Origin: Candidatus Zixiibacteriota bacterium
Lineage (GTDB): Bacteria > Zixibacteria > MSB-5A5 > SM23-73-2
DNA: 64,000 bases
Direction: 5' to 3'
NCBI GenBank assembly: GCA_030615745.1
Contig: JAUWYR010000002.1
Coordinates: 15,522-79,521 of the forward strand
The first letter of the stretch is position 1. Each line of letters opens with the position of its first letter. Shown one piece after another: positions 32,273-41,274 of the stretch. The notes beneath the pieces are model-generated. The model was given only the letters and a program-made list of their open reading frames with translations, was not told the origin of the DNA and did not search any database. Made by a program: the position numbers and the translations under genes.

Positions 32273-32986
32273 ATGCTTGAGATGAAATTGCCAATTTTTG
32301 GAACAATATTTTTTATTTTAGGTCTTTTTTTCTTATTATATCTTTTTGTAAGGATTTTGCGTCCAATTCTTCAGAAGAACAAAAAAAGTAAAAGAAGAGT
32401 CAACTCTCAATCGAGTGTAGTTGATTCATCTTTATTTATTATTGCTTTGGTTTTTCTTTTATTTTCCTGGTTTTTTTTCTGGACTGGAAGGTCATTAAGA
32501 GGATTTCATACATTTTATCCCCAAACTCAGGTTGGAGAAATGGAAGTGATTCCGGAGACTCAAACCGCCTCAAGGTTAGTTTTAACCTTTTTCGGGTCAA
32601 ATGGGAAAAGTTATATCCAAAGCCTTTTCATCTCCGGGGACAAATTGCGGATCGAGGCTGAATATTTGAATTTTAAACCCTGGGTAAAAGGATTAGGGGT
32701 TTATCCTTGTTACAAGATAGTTAGAATAAATGTTCTGGATATATCTGATCCCAAATTAGGTGAGGGTGAAGTTAAATCAATAATATCCGAAGGATTTCCG
32801 AAGGACTCTTCGAGCATAGAATTTGAGCTTTTAGAGGGAGGGACTGATCTATTTTTTTGGACTGAAAAGTTCGATAAGGTCTTACCCTGGGTACAGACAA
32901 AGGTTTTGAAAAGCGAATATTTTTCTATTGCTCAACAAGTGGTAAAAAAGATTTACATCACAGAAGAAAAGATCGACTTAAGCTAA
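32273..32986 (+). CDS. Hypothetical 2-TM membrane protein
   Basis: 237-aa ORF. Confidence 0.7.
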   Translation: MLEMKLPIFGTIFFILGLFFLLYLFVRILRPILQKNKKSKRRVNSQSSVVDSSLFIIALVFLLFSWFFFWTGRSLRGFHTFYPQTQVGEMEVIPETQTASRLVLTFFGSNGKSYIQSLFISGDKLRIEAEYLNFKPWVKGLGVYPCYKIVRINVLDISDPKLGEGEVKSIISEGFPKDSSSIEFELLEGGTDLFFWTEKFDKVLPWVQTKVLKSEYFSIAQQVVKKIYITEEKIDLS

Positions 32987-33028
32987 ATTACTACAACTTA
33001 GGCTTTTTTCTTCATGGTAAGTTTCAGT

Positions 33029-33062
33029 TTTTCATCTGTTTCATCTGTTTAATCTGTTGGGA
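33029..33062 (-). repeat. 9-mer array (TCCCAACAGATTAAACAGATGAAACAGATGAAAA)
   Basis: Near-identical to 24367-24400; related to 6065, 54995 and 63764. Confidence 0.75.
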
Positions 33063-33204
33063 TTTTTTCATCTTTTGGCAATCTTTTATCTTCTCCGTAT
33101 ATATAATTGAGTTGACAATTAGAACCCATTGAATTAATTTAAAAATGGGTTAAGTTTTGGGTTTTTTTGACTTTTTACCCGAAAAAAGTTTTTCTGGAGG
33201 AATA

Positions 33205-34215
33205 ATGGCTGAACAAAAGATTGAGAAAAAAGACATTGAGGCAGTAGAGAAGTTAAAAGAGGCAAGGGATAGAATAAAAAATGAGATAAAAAAAGTAATT
33301 ATCGGGCAGGAAAAAGTTATTGATGAGCTATTGATTGCTCTTTTGTCCAATGGGCATTGTCTTTTGATAGGTGTTCCCGGGTTAGCTAAGACACTTTTGA
33401 TCTCCACAATAGCTAAGATTTTAGACTTAAAGTTCTCAAGAATTCAGTTCACCCCTGACCTTATGCCCTCGGATATCACAGGAACTGATATAATTCAGGA
33501 AAATGTAACAACTGGGGAAAGGTCTTTCAGATTTGTAAAGGGTCCCATCTTTGCTAATATAATTTTGGCAGATGAGATCAACAGAACCCCTCCCAAAACT
33601 CAGTCAGCTTTACTTCAGGCGATGCAGGAGCATGAGGTCACAGCAGGTGGGACAACCTATAAGTTGTCTGAACCCTTCTTTGTTCTGGCAACTCAGAATC
33701 CTATTGAGCAGGAGGGGACATATCCATTGCCAGAAGCTCAACTCGATAGATTTATGTTCAATGTCTATATAGATTATCCTTCAGAGGAGGAGGAAAATCT
33801 GATTGTCAAGACCACCACCTCTGCATATTCCTGGGATCTAAAAAAGGTGATGGGAGCAGATGAGATAGTAAGATTACAGAAGCTTGCAAGAAGGGTTCCG
33901 GTGTCTGACCACGTGATAAACTATGCGGTAAGACTTGCTCGAAGCACCAGACCTAATCCATCAAATTCTTTTGAATATATCAAAAACTGGATTAGCTGGG
34001 GAACAGGACCAAGAGCATCCCAGTATATGATCTTAGGTGCAAAGATCATGGCGATCCTGGATGGAAGATATACTCCATCAGTTGATGATGTGAGAGGAGT
34101 AGCACGCCCGGTTATGCGACACCGGATCGTAACAAGCTTCAATGCGGAGGCAGATGGAGTCGGGACACTGGATATAATAAATAAGTTGTTGGAAGATGTT
34201 AAAGAAAAGGGATAA
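33205..34215 (+). CDS. MoxR family AAA+ ATPase
   Basis: GVPGLAKT, RIQFTPDLMPSD, DEINR and LPEAQLDRF motifs; GGAGG before ATG 33205. Confidence 0.95.
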   Translation: MAEQKIEKKDIEAVEKLKEARDRIKNEIKKVIIGQEKVIDELLIALLSNGHCLLIGVPGLAKTLLISTIAKILDLKFSRIQFTPDLMPSDITGTDIIQENVTTGERSFRFVKGPIFANIILADEINRTPPKTQSALLQAMQEHEVTAGGTTYKLSEPFFVLATQNPIEQEGTYPLPEAQLDRFMFNVYIDYPSEEEENLIVKTTTSAYSWDLKKVMGADEIVRLQKLARRVPVSDHVINYAVRLARSTRPNPSNSFEYIKNWISWGTGPRASQYMILGAKIMAILDGRYTPSVDDVRGVARPVMRHRIVTSFNAEADGVGTLDIINKLLEDVKEKG

Positions 34216-34240
34216 ATAAATTGTAAAAGTTACACAGGAG

Positions 34241-34657
34241 GTGAAGGTGAGGTTGAAAATTTGTAATTTAATTTTTTTCGTATTTTTGATTTTTACTTTT
34301 TTAATTTTTAACTATTCTACACCTTATGCTCAAAAGTTGGGCTTCAAAAAAATCACCAATGAAGTCTCTTTATATCAGAACCGTTACGATGATTTTCTAA
34401 ATGCGGGGCAGACCTTTCAGTTGGTCTGTATAAACAGTTTCCGGCTTTTGACCTGGTTTAATTTGGAGATAACCTGGGATTTGAATTATGATTTAGAGAA
34501 AGAGGATAAATTCACCCATTATGTTGAAGTAGGTATAGTCAAAGAGCTTTTACCTCACTTCAGCGTAAACTACCAGAGAATACATGGCACCTTTATAGGG
34601 CCCTGGCGCAAAAGTTCTGCGCCTGTAAATCAGGTAGGGATAAGATATTCTTTTTAA
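34241..34657 (+). CDS. Secreted hypothetical protein, possibly a small outer-membrane beta protein
   Basis: Signal peptide; ends VGIRYSF. Confidence 0.6.
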   Translation: MKVRLKICNLIFFVFLIFTFLIFNYSTPYAQKLGFKKITNEVSLYQNRYDDFLNAGQTFQLVCINSFRLLTWFNLEITWDLNYDLEKEDKFTHYVEVGIVKELLPHFSVNYQRIHGTFIGPWRKSSAPVNQVGIRYSF

Positions 34658-34719
34658 GAAGAGGCGATTAGGATGAGAAGAGGGTTCAGCGAATAGAGCG
34701 GTTTTTAATTAATAAGTTT

Positions 34720-36066
34720 ATGGTGACAAAGATTAAAAATAAGTCTAAAGCAAAAACTCAGAAAGCGGTCTCGGTTAAAACTAAGAGAAGTAGAAAAAAA
34801 ACGAGTTATAAACTGGCTAATTTTAGAGAGTGTCTGCTTGGAGAAAAGCCGATTACATATGCTATAGATAGAAAAAAGATAAAGAAGTTAGAATTGACGC
34901 TTATTCCAAATATACAGTTCATATATGAATTAGCCTTAGCGAGATTTGAGTTGAGAGCATTAGGCGCAGATTTTGAGGTTGTTAATAATCTGAGGTCGTT
35001 CAATGTATTAAATGATGTTGATGAAGATTTTCTGTGCAGACGCTTGGCATATTTTGAAAATGTAGGTTCACGAAAAACTGATTACTATTGCCTTCAGCAA
35101 TACAATATAACACGTTCTGTCAATCAATATCTCACTCACTGGATTTATCCTTATAAAGGTAAGTATCATCCTCAGATGATTAGAGCATTGTTGAATATTA
35201 TAGGGATAAAAGAAGGTGAAACGGTACTGGACCCGTTCATAGGAAGCGGAACTACGGCAGTAGAGTGTCAGATATTTGGGATAAATTGTATAGGTATAGA
35301 TGTTTCTCCATTGTGTGTTCTTATTAGTAAAGTAAAGACGGAATCAATTTATGCGTTGGATGAAATAGCTAAAAATATTAGCAGTGTAAAACCTAATAAA
35401 ATTGTTCTCAATCAAGGTGATATTTTTGCTGAAACAGAAATAGTCAAGATAGGTAATGACCGAGTAGAGAATTTCTTCACGATGGCTGAAATGATTGCGC
35501 ATAGTGATAATAGTCGCAGAGGTAAAAATTTCGAAAAATCCTTTTATGAAAATGAGAGGAAGATGATAGCATCTATAAAAGATTTCAAAAGTGCTGTGGA
35601 GAGATTCAATTTAAGATTGGGGAAAATGCGAATTGAAGAGGGAGATGCACGAAGTTTGAATATTAAATCGAACTCAATCGATGGAATTATTACCTCTCCT
35701 CCTTATTCAATTGCATTGAATTATGTTGAAAACGATGCGCATTCTCTTGAAGCATTAGGGTATGATTTAAAAAGAATAAAAGATGATTTTATAGGAGTTA
35801 GAGGAACAGGGTTTAAAAAATTTGAACTTTACTATGATGACATGTATAAATCAATCCAAGAAATGCATAGGGTTTTGAAAAAGGGTAGATATTGTGTAAT
35901 TGTTATTGGAAATGTTACTTTTCAAGGAAAAGAGATAGATACAGCCAATAAAATAATTAGTTTTTGTCGAGATGTTGGTTTTAAATATGTCAAGAAGATA
36001 GAAAAAATCATTTATGGATTATATAATGTGATGCAAAAGGAATATATCTTAATTTTCAAAAAGTGA
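34720..36066 (+). CDS. Site-specific DNA methyltransferase (SPPY, likely N4-cytosine)
   Basis: DPFIGSGTT followed by ITSPPY. Confidence 0.88.
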   Translation: MVTKIKNKSKAKTQKAVSVKTKRSRKKTSYKLANFRECLLGEKPITYAIDRKKIKKLELTLIPNIQFIYELALARFELRALGADFEVVNNLRSFNVLNDVDEDFLCRRLAYFENVGSRKTDYYCLQQYNITRSVNQYLTHWIYPYKGKYHPQMIRALLNIIGIKEGETVLDPFIGSGTTAVECQIFGINCIGIDVSPLCVLISKVKTESIYALDEIAKNISSVKPNKIVLNQGDIFAETEIVKIGNDRVENFFTMAEMIAHSDNSRRGKNFEKSFYENERKMIASIKDFKSAVERFNLRLGKMRIEEGDARSLNIKSNSIDGIITSPPYSIALNYVENDAHSLEALGYDLKRIKDDFIGVRGTGFKKFELYYDDMYKSIQEMHRVLKKGRYCVIVIGNVTFQGKEIDTANKIISFCRDVGFKYVKKIEKIIYGLYNVMQKEYILIFKK

Positions 36067-36096
36067 GAGAGTTGCAACGTTTTACAGGAGGTTACA

Positions 36097-36489
36097 ATGC
36101 CGTTTATCACTCGGGCCAGAAATTTTGTAGATAATCCACAACCCGATCACGCATCGCATCCTCGATTTCCGGTTATGGTTGAAACCGTTCGCTATTTGCT
36201 CGACTGTGCTATTGGAATAGAGAATGCAGTTTCAACTAACGAGATAATAGATTTTCTACATGGAGCTGGGCACGATATAGACAGGGAAACATGGCAGATT
36301 GAGGTTTTAGGATATCTAAGAGATAATGGAATATTCATTGGTTCCAGCGGACAGAGAGGTATGTTTCTTATTCGAGACCAAAACGATGCAAGGGAAGCAC
36401 GGAACTTTATCCGTAACAGGATCGAAAGAGAAAGACAAAGATTATCGGCTTTGGAGAATTTAATGGGAGAAGCAGGATGGACAATTTAA
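36097..36489 (+). CDS. Hypothetical protein (possible winged helix) within the RM cassette
   Basis: 130-aa ORF with AGGAGG RBS. Confidence 0.65.
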   Translation: MPFITRARNFVDNPQPDHASHPRFPVMVETVRYLLDCAIGIENAVSTNEIIDFLHGAGHDIDRETWQIEVLGYLRDNGIFIGSSGQRGMFLIRDQNDAREARNFIRNRIERERQRLSALENLMGEAGWTI

Positions 36490-36527
36490 AGAGAAGTATT
36501 GAATAGAAAACAACAAGTTTTGCAATT

Positions 36528-37181
36528 ATGGAAGAAGATTATATTAAACAGTTGGAAGCCACGATTTCAAAATTCATGGCTCCTATAAAGAATATACCTT
36601 TCCCCGTAGCGATAAAAGCCCTATCAGGTTACAAGGTGATCGCATTCGATAAAAGCTCTAAAGAAGACTGTAGACTATTGGACAAACTGAAGACTGCCGC
36701 TCGAAGTGCTGGGGAAAAGGCTAAACAGGTAGGATTTGAGAGGAACAGACCTAACGAGGTTGGGAATGATATTGAACCTTATGTGAAGAAAGCCTTATCT
36801 GATGTAGGGTTGAAGGCGGAAACACCAAGAAATGTCAAAGGTAAAAGGCAAGGTCTGGCTTACCCGGACATAGAAATTACAGAGCCTAATGGGAGAATTA
36901 CTTACTTAGAATGCAAAACCTACAACATAAAAAACATTGCTACCAGCCAACGAGCTTTCTATTTTTCACCTTCAGTAAAAATTACTAATGATGCAAGGCA
37001 TCTTTTACTAAGTTACCAAATTGAGCGAATACGAAGGCAAGAGAAAACAATATTTGTGCCTGTGCATTGGCGTATTTATACTATTGATGATCTTCTGGTC
37101 TCAGTAAAACACGAATTCAATGCGAGCAATCGTGATATGTATAGAGAGGAAGCACTCTTGGTAGAGGGTTCAATAATATAG
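36528..37181 (+). CDS. Probable type II restriction endonuclease (PD-(D/E)xK)
   Basis: NEVGNDIE..YPDIEI..YLECK; next to the MTase. Confidence 0.7.
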   Translation: MEEDYIKQLEATISKFMAPIKNIPFPVAIKALSGYKVIAFDKSSKEDCRLLDKLKTAARSAGEKAKQVGFERNRPNEVGNDIEPYVKKALSDVGLKAETPRNVKGKRQGLAYPDIEITEPNGRITYLECKTYNIKNIATSQRAFYFSPSVKITNDARHLLLSYQIERIRRQEKTIFVPVHWRIYTIDDLLVSVKHEFNASNRDMYREEALLVEGSII

Positions 37182-37189
37182 TAAATAAT

Positions 37190-37280
37190 ATGGTCAAGGA
37201 TAAAAGAATAAAAAAAATCATAAAAGATATTGCAAAAAAGATTGTGAAGGAGTATAAGCCGGAAAAGATTATTTTTTTGC
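37190..37280 (+). pseudogene. Truncated MNT-like nucleotidyltransferase N-terminus
   Basis: IAKKIVKEYKPEKIIF then loses the expected GS motif and runs into REP sequence. Confidence 0.6.
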
Positions 37281-37319
37281 CTCTTATATTTACTGGGAAT
37301 AGAGTTTTGCCTATTCCCC

Positions 37320-37385
37320 CTGATAGGTCGGGCACGCTTGCCCGACAAGAGATTCAATGCGGGGCTGGGAGCCCCGCCTATCATC
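37320..37385. repeat. REP-like doublet
   Basis: TGATAGGTCGGGCA-CGCT-TGCCCGAC and GCGGGGCT-GGG-AGCCCCGCCTATCA. Confidence 0.75.
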
Positions 37386-37444
37386 AGGAGATGAAAAAAT
37401 AGAAAGAATGTCGGGTATAATACTATGATTAATAAGAGCTATTT

Positions 37445-38356
37445 ATGAATGAAAATTCGAATAATTTTTCCTATCGAAGGTTTTTAAAACCGGATGTGGT
37501 CTCTAAACTATCCGGAATTGAGATAAAGGCGAGATTGGTGGTGGAGGGGTTTATCGCTGGTCTGCACAGGTCTCCTTATCACGGGTTCTCTGTTGAGTTC
37601 GCAGAACATCGTCAGTATATGCCAGGAGACCCGATAAGAAATATCGACTGGAGGGTCTATGCTAAATCTGACAGATACTTTGTCAAAGAATTCGAGGAGG
37701 AAACTAATTTAAAAGCCTATATTCTGCTCGATACCTCCGGGTCTATGGGGTATAAGTCCAATGGAATCCATAAATTAGAATATAGCTTATATCTTTCAGC
37801 CTCCTTAGCCTATCTTATGCTTAAACAAAGGGACTCAGTTGGCCTGGTCGTATTTGATGAGCATATAAGAAAATATATACCTCCTAAATCAACTATGAGC
37901 CATCTTCATAACCTTTTAAAAGAGCTGGATAGATTAGAGCCATCGAAAACGACTAATATAAGCTCAACTTTACATGAGATGGCTGAAAGGATTAAAAGAA
38001 GGGGGCTTATTATTGTTATCTCAGATTTACTTGATGATCCGGATCTTGTAATAAATGGATTAAAGCATTTCCGACACAAAAAACATGAGGTTATAGTTTT
38101 TCATATCTTGGACCCAAAAGAGAGAGATTTCGGTTTTCCAAGGGAGGCAATTTTTAAGGACTTGGAAACCGGTGAGGAGATTTTGACCTCTCCCTGGCAG
38201 ATAAGAAAAGATTATAAACAAAAGCTTGAGCAAATAATTAAAAGATACACTCTCGAGTGCAGGGAAAGTATAATCGATTATGTTCTTTTAGATACCTCTG
38301 TTCCATATGATATCGCTTTATTTTCTTATCTGAGCAAAAGGAAAAGACTTTTTTGA
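37445..38356 (+). CDS. DUF58 family protein
   Basis: GFSVEFAEHRQYMPGD..IDW and LDTSGSM motifs. Confidence 0.92.
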   Translation: MNENSNNFSYRRFLKPDVVSKLSGIEIKARLVVEGFIAGLHRSPYHGFSVEFAEHRQYMPGDPIRNIDWRVYAKSDRYFVKEFEEETNLKAYILLDTSGSMGYKSNGIHKLEYSLYLSASLAYLMLKQRDSVGLVVFDEHIRKYIPPKSTMSHLHNLLKELDRLEPSKTTNISSTLHEMAERIKRRGLIIVISDLLDDPDLVINGLKHFRHKKHEVIVFHILDPKERDFGFPREAIFKDLETGEEILTSPWQIRKDYKQKLEQIIKRYTLECRESIIDYVLLDTSVPYDIALFSYLSKRKRLF

Positions 38357-38360
38357 GAGT

Positions 38361-38510
38361 AAGTTGTTAGTTGTTAGTTTTTAGTGGTTAGTTTGGTGTT
38401 GTTGCTGCATTTTAAATGCAGCAACAACAAGAGAGAGCAAATTGTTAGTGATTAGTGGTTTTTAATTTTTTTACTAACAACTAATAACCAACAACTAAAA
38501 ACCAAAAACG
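38361..38510. repeat. Inverted heptamer arrays (GTTGTTA / TAACAAC) around a 31-nt palindrome
   Basis: agttgttagttgttagtttttagtggttag..GTTGTTGCTGCATTTTAAATGCAGCAACAAC..actaacaactaataaccaacaac. Confidence 0.8.
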
Positions 38511-38519
38511 AAGTTTTTC

Positions 38520-39362
38520 ATGATTCTTTTAGGTGCGCACACCTCAATTGGTGGTGGGGTTTTCAAAGCACTCTTAAGAGGAAAGGAGCTTGAGTGCACA
38601 ACTATCCAGATATTTACCAAGAACGCTAACCAGTGGTATACAAAAGAGCTCAAAATTGAGGATATTGAAAAATTTAAAAAGACTCAAAAAGAAACAGGGA
38701 TAAAACCAGTGGTTGCGCATAATTCATATTTGATTAATATTGGCTCAAAAGATAAAGACTTGTTGAAAAAATCACAGGAATCACTTCTTTTAGAGCTTAC
38801 CCGAACAGAGAAATTAGGCTTACAATATCTTGTTATGCATCCTGGTTCAAATCCTGATGAAAAAGATGGAATAAAAAGGATAGCAAATTCTTTAAATTGG
38901 GTTCACCAGAAAACTCCTCAATATAAGGCTATAATCTGTTTGGAGACAACTGCTGGACAGGGAAACACTTTTGGGTGGAGATTTGAGCAATTAGCTCAAA
39001 TTATTGAATTAGTTGAAGAAAAAGGCAGATTAGGCGTTTGTTATGACACCGCACACACCTTTGCTGGAGGCTATGATATAAGGGATAAGAAAGCTTATGA
39101 TGAGACCTTCAGAGAGTTCAATAAGATTATTGGACGAAAAAGGATAAAGGTTATCCATTTAAACGACTCAAAAAAAGGTTTGGGAACAAGGGTTGATAGA
39201 CATGAGCATATCGGAAAAGGCTTTATAGGTTTGGTCGCTTTTGAAATCTTAATGAATGATTCAAAGTTTGAAAAGATTCCAAAGATAATCGAGACCCCAA
39301 AAATTGAAGATTGGGATAGGATAAATTTGAAATTGTTAAAGAGTTTGGTGAAAAATAAATAA
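38520..39362 (+). CDS. nfo: Endonuclease IV
   Basis: GAHTS, LETTAGQG, DTAH, HLNDSK and DRHEHIG motifs. Confidence 0.95.
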   Translation: MILLGAHTSIGGGVFKALLRGKELECTTIQIFTKNANQWYTKELKIEDIEKFKKTQKETGIKPVVAHNSYLINIGSKDKDLLKKSQESLLLELTRTEKLGLQYLVMHPGSNPDEKDGIKRIANSLNWVHQKTPQYKAIICLETTAGQGNTFGWRFEQLAQIIELVEEKGRLGVCYDTAHTFAGGYDIRDKKAYDETFREFNKIIGRKRIKVIHLNDSKKGLGTRVDRHEHIGKGFIGLVAFEILMNDSKFEKIPKIIETPKIEDWDRINLKLLKSLVKNK

Positions 39363-41267
39363 ATGAAAAAGCTCTTTTTATTTTTCCTCATTTTATTCTT
39401 TTTATGCACATCTTTTACCTTTTCATACCAATCTCTTGATGCATACGCATATATTCAGTTGAAAATAATGGTGGAGGAGGGTAGTGAAAAAGACTCTTCA
39501 GGTTTTCAGCTTATAGACCAAAGAAAAATGATTTTAAAAGAGGGAAAAGAGAATTTCTGTTTTTTAGGGAATTTCACCCTTTATGTAACTCCGACAATAA
39601 TCGAGGATAAAATCTTTTTATCAGTTGAGCTTTATACCTTGGGACCTCAAGTTCAAAAGATCTCAAAGGAGCTTTTAACATCTTCAGGTGAGCTTTTGGA
39701 ATTTGGTAGGGTGAGGGTCAAAGAAGATAGGGTCTTTCGGGTCTGGATTTCTCCTTCTTTGTGGAATGTAGGAAAAAGAATTGATTGGTGCGACTTTTCA
39801 CCAAAAGATCCGGATGATTTTTATTCTGAGGTGAGTATTCATTATACATTCTATTGTATGAAAAATTCCTTGGCAGATTTTCACTGGCTTAAAAACAAGG
39901 ATTTTTTGGAGAAAGTTTATAAAAAGCACAAGAAATCCTGGATGTTTTCCTACCCTGAGAAAATAGATTATTTTCTTTCCCCCTGTTATCTATCAGGGGT
40001 GGGATGGGATTTTCGGTTCGAAAGCGCTCTGGATCCAGTTAAAAATAGCGTATTTGTTGTCTATAACAAAGAAAAAAAAGGGCTCTTCTCACCTTTTGCA
40101 ATGGAGTTGCTTTATTACAGGTATTGGGGTTATGCTCCGAAGTTTATAGTAGAAGGACTTGCTGGAGAAAGAGATTTAGCTCACTTTTATGCCAAAAAAC
40201 TTAAAAAGAAGAAAAACTTAATTCCTTTAAAAAAGCTTATATTATCAAAAGATTATAGAAGCTATCCGAAAGATTTGGCTTTTTATTCCGCCTCATCCTT
40301 TGTGAGTTTTTTGATTGAGAAATACGGGCAGGGTGAGTTCAAAAAATTTTATAATGAGGTTACTGACCTCACATTGGATGAAGTCCTTTTTTCAATTTAT
40401 AAAAAAAACATTTGCGAATTAGAAGCTGAGTGGCACAATTTTTTGGATGAATACTCTCCTTCTGCCTGGAAACTATTGGAATTCGCAACAACTAAATTAT
40501 CCTATAATGAGTATGACCAGGCAATAGTTCTTTTAAAAGATGCGCTTGAGCATATAAGCGAAGAAGACATTCTCACACCTTTGTATCATCTTACCAATGC
40601 TTATTTTATGGCTGGCAGATACTCAGATGCGAAAGAAAGTGTTAATAAAATGCTTGAGATAAAACCAGAAGAACCAGAGCTATGGAATGCCTTAGGTAAT
40701 AATTATTTTTTTGATGGAGAGGACTCTTTGGCAAAAAAAGCTTTTTTTAAAGCCTTAGAACTCGCTCCTGATTATGGTGATTGTTACTTTAAGTTGGGCA
40801 AAATTTCTCTAAGACAAAAAGATTTTGGGAATGCTATAACTTATTTTTCAGAGGCAGAAAGTTTAGCAGGGAATTTATTGGATTTAATTGAGGTTAATCT
40901 CTGTTTTGGCGAAGTATATGATTTTTTATGCGATGATAGTCTGAAAAACGATAAATACAAAAAAGCCTTAGATTATTCAAAAAGGTTTACTAAAAACGCA
41001 CCGGAAAGTCCTCTTTCTTATCTTAAGATGGGTGAATCCTTTTTAGGATTAGGCGATCTTGGTTCTGCTATAGATTATCTGAATACAGCTTTGTTTTTGG
41101 AGAGAAGACCCAACCTGTTAGGCGAAATCTATTTAGCCTTGGGCAAAGCTTATCAAAAAAAAGGCGATCTGTCTATGGCTAAAACCCTTTACAAAAAAGT
41201 TCTTTACACAACTTCAAACAAAAAAGATTTAGAAGAGGCTAAGAAATCTTTAAAAGATTTGGATTAG
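39363..41267 (+). CDS. Secreted protein with peptidase-MA-like region and C-terminal TPRs
   Basis: Signal peptide; EGLA..FY..SFVSFL; TPR pattern. Confidence 0.75.
   Translation: MKKLFLFFLILFFLCTSFTFSYQSLDAYAYIQLKIMVEEGSEKDSSGFQLIDQRKMILKEGKENFCFLGNFTLYVTPTIIEDKIFLSVELYTLGPQVQKISKELLTSSGELLEFGRVRVKEDRVFRVWISPSLWNVGKRIDWCDFSPKDPDDFYSEVSIHYTFYCMKNSLADFHWLKNKDFLEKVYKKHKKSWMFSYPEKIDYFLSPCYLSGVGWDFRFESALDPVKNSVFVVYNKEKKGLFSPFAMELLYYRYWGYAPKFIVEGLAGERDLAHFYAKKLKKKKNLIPLKKLILSKDYRSYPKDLAFYSASSFVSFLIEKYGQGEFKKFYNEVTDLTLDEVLFSIYKKNICELEAEWHNFLDEYSPSAWKLLEFATTKLSYNEYDQAIVLLKDALEHISEEDILTPLYHLTNAYFMAGRYSDAKESVNKMLEIKPEEPELWNALGNNYFFDGEDSLAKKAFFKALELAPDYGDCYFKLGKISLRQKDFGNAITYFSEAESLAGNLLDLIEVNLCFGEVYDFLCDDSLKNDKYKKALDYSKRFTKNAPESPLSYLKMGESFLGLGDLGSAIDYLNTALFLERRPNLLGEIYLALGKAYQKKGDLSMAKTLYKKVLYTTSNKKDLEEAKKSLKDLD
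39431..39450 (-). repeat. CAAGAG micro-insertion ATGCGTATGCATCAAGAGAT, in frame (SLDAYA)
   Basis: Reverse complement of the unit at 52001-52018. Confidence 0.85.
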
Positions 41268-41274
41268 AGATTAT

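Noticed and set aside
34700-37447. ATTAATAAG..TTTATG as flanking duplication of the type II RM cassette
   Set aside because: Too short and AT-rich to be significant.
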